In this document: positions 58,497 to 64,000 of the stretch, one piece after another
How positions within the stretch are numbered: the stretch's first letter is position 1
How the letters are laid out: every line of letters starts with the position of its first letter
From: Bdellovibrionota bacterium
Lineage (GTDB): Bacteria; Bdellovibrionota_C; UBA2361; JBGSMV01
Direction of reading: 5' to 3'
Length of the DNA: 64,000 bases
Assembly: GCA_041739995.1 (NCBI GenBank)
Contig: JBGSMV010000046.1
Location: forward strand, 1 to 64,000
Program-made: the position numbers and the translations under genes
Notes under the pieces: generated by a model
What the model was told of the DNA's origin: nothing
The model's database searches: none
What the model saw: only the letters and a program-made list of their open reading frames with translations

Positions 58497-60155
58497 CTAT
58501 TCCCACTCAATCGTCGCAGGTGGCTTGGATGAAATATCGAGTACAACTCGATTGACGCCCCGCACCTCATTGATGATTCGATTGCTCACTCGACGAAGAA
58601 GATCTTCTGGTAAATAAGTCCAATCAGCCGTCATGCCATCTTCTGAATGCACCGCACGCAAGGCGATGGTCTGTTCGTAGGTTCTTCCGTCTCCCATCAC
58701 GCCGACGCTTTGAATCGGAAGAAGCACGGCAAAGCTCTGCCAAAGGCGGGTGTATAAGTCAGCCGCCTTTACTTCTTCTTGAAAAATCACGTCAGCGTCT
58801 CTAAGAATTCGTAGTCGCTCCGGGGTGATCTCTCCAAGAATACGCACCGCAAGTCCTGGCCCAGGAAACGGTTGTCGAGAAAGCAATTCTTCGGGAACTT
58901 TCAAGTCTCTTCCAAGACGACGCACCTCGTCTTTGAATAGCTCTCGAAGCGGCTCTATCAGCCGCAGCTTCATACGCTCGGGCAAGCCGCCGACGTTATG
59001 GTGTGACTTGATAACCGCTGAGGGGCCGCGCACCGAAATACTCTCAATCACATCTGGATAAAGCGTGCCTTGGACAAGATGAGTTACATTCTCGATGCGG
59101 TGTGCCTCACGTTCGAAGACTTCAATGAACACCCGTCCAATTATCTTTCTCTTCTGTTCCGGATCCGTGACTCCCTTAAGTGCCGAGAGGAAATCCTCAC
59201 CCGCGTCAATAATTGAGAGGTTAAGCCCAAGTCCATTCTTGCCCAGCTGTCTTTCGACCTCTTCGCTTTCATGTCGGCGCATTAAGCCATTGTCGATGTA
59301 AAGACAGTGCAGACGTTTGCCAATCGCTTTCTCCACAATCACTGCGGCGACGGTTGAATCAACTCCGCCGCTCAGTCCGCAGATAACCTGGGCATCTGAT
59401 GCAACTTCCGCTTGGATCGCACTGACCCAGTTATTTATAAAATCAGCAGGCGACCAACTTGGCGAAATCCCCGCGATTTTGAACAGGAAGTTCCCCAAAA
59501 TCTCTTTACCGCGCGGTGTATGCGATACCTCGGGGTGAAATTGCAGTGCATATGTCTTAGTGGCTGCATTTCCGATAGCAGCAACCGGCGCGCCTGCGGT
59601 GCTCGCAAGCACGGTAAATCCTTGCGGCGCCTCGCTTACATGATCGCCGTGACTCATCCAGACGGAGAGACGTTCGTCGGACTCAAAACCGTCGAACAAG
59701 CCATCAGCTTTTTCAACCTGGAGTACGCTAGGCCCGTACTCACGACTCTCTCCTCTTTGTAACTTGGCGCCACATCGATGCGCGATGAGCTGGAGGCCGT
59801 AACAAATCCCAAGGGTAGGAAGTCCAAGTTCGAGCCATTTAGGGTCGAACGGCGGGGCATCAGCATCCGTAACGCTGGCAGGTCCTCCCGAAAGAATCAG
59901 TGCTTTCACCCGAGAGGTGTCGATGGCGCCTGGTGCCATGGTGCAGGGGCGAACTTCACTATAAACACCTAGCTCCCTAACTCGCCGGGCGATGAGCTGG
60001 GTGTACTGAGAGCCAAAATCAAGGACCAATACCTGATCGGCCAGAACCGCCATAGGAGGCGAACTAGGCTGCTGATCCTTGGACTGGCTTTCCGATTCCG
60101 TGCTATTCCCCGACTTAACGCCTGATGCGCCGCGCTTCTCTACCACTATATCCAC
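58497..60155 (-). CDS. guaA: GMP synthase (glutamine-hydrolysing)
   Basis: [59 protein letters not shown]. Confidence 0.98.
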   Translation of the reverse strand: MDIVVEKRGASGVKSGNSTESESQSKDQQPSSPPMAVLADQVLVLDFGSQYTQLIARRVRELGVYSEVRPCTMAPGAIDTSRVKALILSGGPASVTDADAPPFDPKWLELGLPTLGICYGLQLIAHRCGAKLQRGESREYGPSVLQVEKADGLFDGFESDERLSVWMSHGDHVSEAPQGFTVLASTAGAPVAAIGNAATKTYALQFHPEVSHTPRGKEILGNFLFKIAGISPSWSPADFINNWVSAIQAEVASDAQVICGLSGGVDSTVAAVIVEKAIGKRLHCLYIDNGLMRRHESEEVERQLGKNGLGLNLSIIDAGEDFLSALKGVTDPEQKRKIIGRVFIEVFEREAHRIENVTHLVQGTLYPDVIESISVRGPSAVIKSHHNVGGLPERMKLRLIEPLRELFKDEVRRLGRDLKVPEELLSRQPFPGPGLAVRILGEITPERLRILRDADVIFQEEVKAADLYTRLWQSFAVLLPIQSVGVMGDGRTYEQTIALRAVHSEDGMTADWTYLPEDLLRRVSNRIINEVRGVNRVVLDISSKPPATIEWE

Positions 60156-60261
60156 CCCTCAGTAATTCTCTCGCCAAGATCTTAAAGCGCCCCTACCCCA
60201 ATTGTCACCTAAGCCCAAGGCACGCTAGCATGGGGCCAGGCAGCCAGTATCCAGCCCCCTT

Positions 60262-61329
60262 TTGGTGAAGAGAGGTATAGTTCTGATTTCCATAAGCTTC
60301 AATCGGTCAACCCGAGCTACCTTTAAAAGTCGCTCCCTCGCATGGATTCCTTACGTTGCCAGCGTTTCTCTAGCCCTCATTCCTTTTGCCCCGGTCGACC
60401 GGTTCTTTGGGGGAGCCATAGGCTACGAACTAAGCTCGTTGCTCTCTCCCGCTGAAGCCCAGGCCGAGTTCGTTCAAACCAGTCCAGGAGTTCTGCAGAG
60501 TTCAGATCTGACCACGAAGGTTATTATCTCACACCGCGTTCCAGGAATTTTTTTCTTGGTGGGGGAACCCATCGATCTGCAACTCTTCGACCCGTCCGGC
60601 CTTGAATCACCAGAAAACGAAGCTGCTTTTCCAGCAGTGCATATGTTTATCGAGTACGACGCGGCGCAAGATCGCTATGTCGCTCTGCACGTTGGTTCAA
60701 GAGCGTTTCGAATTAAGGGCGGCTTTTCATTAGTGATCCCTGCCAAACATCCACCTAAAGGTGGCAATACTTGGCAACAGCGAATTACGGTAGACAATAA
60801 CAATCCCTATCTCTCCATAGTGCATGAACCTGCGGGCGGCTCCGAATCTGCCCAGCCCGACATTTTAGGCTTTCGCGGCATTCAACTAGTGGTCAAAAAG
60901 ACCGGGCAGAGAAATGCAGCACTTCTTGAAGCCAACCAGTTTAATGAGCTCAAAGGTTTAATTGAACCTTATACACTAAACTCGGGAGTGCTGCGATTTA
61001 AAGGCGAAGATTTTACAGGGGCCTCCGTCGGTGTAGATATTGAGCCGGCCAAGAACTCTTGCCTGCAAAGCGGAACCTCTTTCCTTGCCCAAAATGAAGC
61101 TTCAGGACTGCGCAAGAGCCAAGACAGAAGCGTTGCCTTGCGCGAACTTGAAGAGCTGCTAAAGAAAGGCGCTGCAAAAGACCCTTTCCGTGGTGCTTTA
61201 CTTCTGCGAATCACCCCGCAGGAAATCATTGCGCTAGACTATCGAAAGAATCGGGCAATGGTAGTTCGGCCTCTCCCCAAAGGAGCACAACCAGTGTGTC
61301 TGATTGAAGAAGTGTCGCTGGATGAATAG
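60262..61329 (+). CDS. Hypothetical exported protein (start uncertain)
   Basis: Long ORF with a hydrophobic segment and an AQA-E cleavage-like site. Confidence 0.65.
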   Translation: MVKRGIVLISISFNRSTRATFKSRSLAWIPYVASVSLALIPFAPVDRFFGGAIGYELSSLLSPAEAQAEFVQTSPGVLQSSDLTTKVIISHRVPGIFFLVGEPIDLQLFDPSGLESPENEAAFPAVHMFIEYDAAQDRYVALHVGSRAFRIKGGFSLVIPAKHPPKGGNTWQQRITVDNNNPYLSIVHEPAGGSESAQPDILGFRGIQLVVKKTGQRNAALLEANQFNELKGLIEPYTLNSGVLRFKGEDFTGASVGVDIEPAKNSCLQSGTSFLAQNEASGLRKSQDRSVALRELEELLKKGAAKDPFRGALLLRITPQEIIALDYRKNRAMVVRPLPKGAQPVCLIEEVSLDE

Positions 61330-61350
61330 CTTTATCATACAATTTTGCTG

Positions 61351-62295
61351 ATGCATTTAGGCCACGATCACAGCTGCGGCGCTCACGGCGAGTCCTCTCA
61401 CGGTCATCACGCGTCCTTTGATTCCCAATCACCAAAGCTGCGCCGCACGCTTGTGATCGGAATGATTATCAACGCGGCATTCGTAGTGACGGAGTTTGTA
61501 GCCGGCTGGCTTGCCAACTCTGTGGCGCTGCTCGCCGACGCGGCCCACAACCTCGGCGATGTATGTGGTTTGGGGCTTTCTTGGCTTGCCGTATACGCGG
61601 CGTCGCGCGCACCGAATCAACGTCACACTTGGGGCTATCGAAGATCGTCCATGCTTGCGGCACTTGCTCACGCAGTGGCACTGATCTCACTTGCGGTTTT
61701 CACCATATGGGAAGGCGCCGAGCGTTTTTTCCTGCCCTCAGAAGTGCATGCTCCAACCATCATTGGAGTTGCGTTAGTAGGAATTCTGATAAACGGTGTC
61801 ACTGCTGTGCTACTTTTTAGGCACGACCAGGGCGACTTGAATGTGCGTGGCGCGTTCTTGCACATGCTCGCCGACATGATGGTCTCGGTCGGGGTGGTCG
61901 TCACCGGAATTTTGATCGCTTTCACCAATTGGCTGTGGCTTGATCCAGTCACCAGTTTCATTATTGCTGGAGTAATTCTTGCCACTACTTGGAAACTTCT
62001 TACTCAGTCACTTGCACTTAATCTTGATGCGGTTCCAAGTCGCCTCAATCTTGAAGATATCGCCGCCACACTGGGCGCTCTCCCTGGGGTGGACGAGGTG
62101 CATGACCTGCACGTTTGGAGCACAAGTACTACCTCCGTCGCTCTCACCGCCCATTTAGTGCGCTCGGAAACGAGCGCTACCGATTCGCTCCTGGCCGAGG
62201 CGGCGTCGGTATTACGTTCCCGCTTCGGAATTACACACAGCACATTACAGATTGAATCGACCTCGAGGTCAGCCGACTGCGAACGCTGCGACTAG
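61351..62295 (+). CDS. CDF-family cation efflux transporter (CzcD/ZitB-like)
   Basis: His-rich N-terminus, ALLADAAHNLGD, NVRGAFLHMLAD, VHDLHVW, HSTLQIE. Confidence 0.95.
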   Translation: MHLGHDHSCGAHGESSHGHHASFDSQSPKLRRTLVIGMIINAAFVVTEFVAGWLANSVALLADAAHNLGDVCGLGLSWLAVYAASRAPNQRHTWGYRRSSMLAALAHAVALISLAVFTIWEGAERFFLPSEVHAPTIIGVALVGILINGVTAVLLFRHDQGDLNVRGAFLHMLADMMVSVGVVVTGILIAFTNWLWLDPVTSFIIAGVILATTWKLLTQSLALNLDAVPSRLNLEDIAATLGALPGVDEVHDLHVWSTSTTSVALTAHLVRSETSATDSLLAEAASVLRSRFGITHSTLQIESTSRSADCERCD

Positions 62296-62433
62296 CAGAT
62301 ACTACTTGAATTCTAGCGTGTTAGGTCAAGAAGCGGCCAGCTCACGCTCGAAGATTGAACTCCTTCGGCCCTGGTGCTCACCAAACGCACATCGTAAGCT
62401 CGCGCCTAAGCTCCAGCTCTCAGATCTCACTCT

Positions 62434-64000
62434 ATGACAGACTCATTGTCCTCGATTATAGATGGCCTTCTCCATTGGCTTCGTCTTATTGCTAACAGCC
62501 CGGTGAAGGTGCTTTCAATCTTCCTTGTCTGCGCGCTCATTGCTCGCGCATCCACCCTAGAAATCAACGCTCTGGCCGATCCCACTGAAACACGCTACGC
62601 GAGCATCGCTCAGGAAATGATTCTTGGAGGAGACTGGGTCACCCCGAAGCTTCCTATGCCGACTGGCATAGAACCTTACCTTGGGAAACCGCCACTTCAT
62701 TTTTGGATGACCGCAGCCTCTTACTCAGCCTTCGGAGTGGATGAATGGTCGAGCCGATTTCCAAGCTTCGTTGCCATGCTCGCCATCGTTGCTCTGCTGC
62801 TCGTATTTTCTCGCAAATTCCTGACACTAGAAATCGGCATGGGCGGTGCCGGGATTCTTCTCTCATGCGCCATATTCTTCTTTTTCTCCGGCGCAAGCGT
62901 TATTGACGTCACACTGACTGCGTGTGTGACGCTCGCGATTGTGGGTTTTGCTCTCGGGATGAATGAGACCGGTCGAACGAGACTCTTTTTTGGCGCTATG
63001 GTTTCACTAGGCGCAGCACTCGGCTTTTTGACAAAGGGGCCAATCGCAATTGCACTCATCGCGGGCACGGCGTTGGGATTTTCGCTGCTGCGACGAGACT
63101 TTGGAGCACTGAGACGGTATCCGTGGGTAGCGGGCATTGCACTCTTCCTTGTGGCCACGGCTCCATGGTTCATCTGGTCAGAAATTCGGAACCCAGGATT
63201 CCTCAAGTATTTTGTGTGGAACGAGAACATCGCTCGCTATTTGTTCAAAGAGTACGGGGATCTCTACGGGAGAGGCCATCGACATCCACGCGGCTTTGTG
63301 TGGCTGGCGTTGTTTTTAGCACTTTTGCCGTGGACTCCATTGTTGCTCCATCAAAGTTGGCGACAACGACGAGCACTTTTGTCTGAGCCACGAGCACTGC
63401 TGCTTGCATGGGGTCTCTCGGTCGCAGTATTTTTCACTTTCGTTCGACAACTTCACATTGGCTATGTCATTCCCGGACTGCCCGCGCTCTCACTTCTACT
63501 CGCCGATCTCGTTCATTCGTCAAACTCACATAAAGATACTAAGGTTTTCGGCTCCCGCTACTTGAACTGGCTGAGTGTGATCGCTTGTGTCGTCTCGGCA
63601 GGCTCTCTGCTTTGGATTCTCTATACCATCGGCATTCGCCCGCGCTGGGAGACCCTCACCCCGGTTCTCATACTCTGTCTTTGTGCTCTCGGTGCTTATT
63701 CAATCTGGCATGTGACGGTTCGTACAGCCAACGGTTCCCTAAGTATTCTTCATGGGGCCACCGTCTCGTGGGCCTTGATGTACGGAATCTTGTTAATTGC
63801 CGTTACACCGCAGCTAGATCGAAGTACTTCCACCGAAAATATGCTCGACAAAATGTCTGTCGAGATTCGAGAGGACAATCCGCAAATCGGGGTCTTCGCA
63901 AACAACACCTATTCCTATTATTGGCTCGCCAATGCCGGGACTGAGGAACTCGATCGGCCCGTCAGAATTACCTATTTCGACTCCTTTGACGTGGGTACCA
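62434..64000 (+). CDS. ArnT/GT83-like glycosyltransferase, truncated at the window end (absent from the supplied ORF track)
   Basis: Hand translation from ATG 62434 gives DPTETRYASIAQEM..GDWVTP..PYLGKPPLHFW; LTKGP and APWF motifs follow. Confidence 0.88.
   Translation, partial: MTDSLSSIIDGLLHWLRLIANSPVKVLSIFLVCALIARASTLEINALADPTETRYASIAQEMILGGDWVTPKLPMPTGIEPYLGKPPLHFWMTAASYSAFGVDEWSSRFPSFVAMLAIVALLLVFSRKFLTLEIGMGGAGILLSCAIFFFFSGASVIDVTLTACVTLAIVGFALGMNETGRTRLFFGAMVSLGAALGFLTKGPIAIALIAGTALGFSLLRRDFGALRRYPWVAGIALFLVATAPWFIWSEIRNPGFLKYFVWNENIARYLFKEYGDLYGRGHRHPRGFVWLALFLALLPWTPLLLHQSWRQRRALLSEPRALLLAWGLSVAVFFTFVRQLHIGYVIPGLPALSLLLADLVHSSNSHKDTKVFGSRYLNWLSVIACVVSAGSLLWILYTIGIRPRWETLTPVLILCLCALGAYSIWHVTVRTANGSLSILHGATVSWALMYGILLIAVTPQLDRSTSTENMLDKMSVEIREDNPQIGVFANNTYSYYWLANAGTEELDRPVRITYFDSFDVGT

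Noticed and set aside
62654..63944. Short ORFs listed at the right end
   Set aside because: They are all shadows of the ArnT-like gene starting at 62434, which the track missed because it has no stop in the window.
1..64000. CRISPR array, tRNA or rRNA genes
   Set aside because: I found no regularly spaced repeats with unique spacers and no cloverleaf or rRNA signatures by eye. The repeats near 62-701 are attC sites.

Overview
Bacterial chromosomal window of moderate GC. Gene content (sigma54 promoters, HDOD/FHA/hybrid kinases, coaBC followed by a UDG-like gene) suggests a delta-proteobacteria-like or Bdellovibrionota-like host; this is an inference, not a database result. The left end holds an apparently chromosomal integron: intI on +, an attI-like site, two complete cassettes with clear attC sites, and a third cassette cut off by the window edge. 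Housekeeping and envelope genes follow (tgt, queA, nfeD/SPFH, coaBC, TonB/TBDR, serS, recD2, GT-C glycosyltransferases, gmk, yicC, LPS core genes, guaA, CDF transporter, arnT-like). The most striking feature is at 41.7-51.6 kb, a minimal type III export-gate operon: inner-rod-like gene, a FliJ/FliK-like fusion, fliO, fliP/Q/R and flhB. Its FlhB/SctU switch protein appears genetically split at the position of the missing NPTH autocleavage site. A 1176-aa GAF/PAS hybrid histidine kinase lies between the two halves, and a membrane-anchored FHA protein and degenerate kinases lie nearby. Other findings are a sigma54-driven structured ncRNA candidate at 23.2 kb, a second sRNA candidate at 5.2 kb, a promoter-like motif shared by two integron cassettes, an attC-like attI, a MITE and REP-like elements. 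All calls come from reading sequence and motifs by eye; no searches were run.
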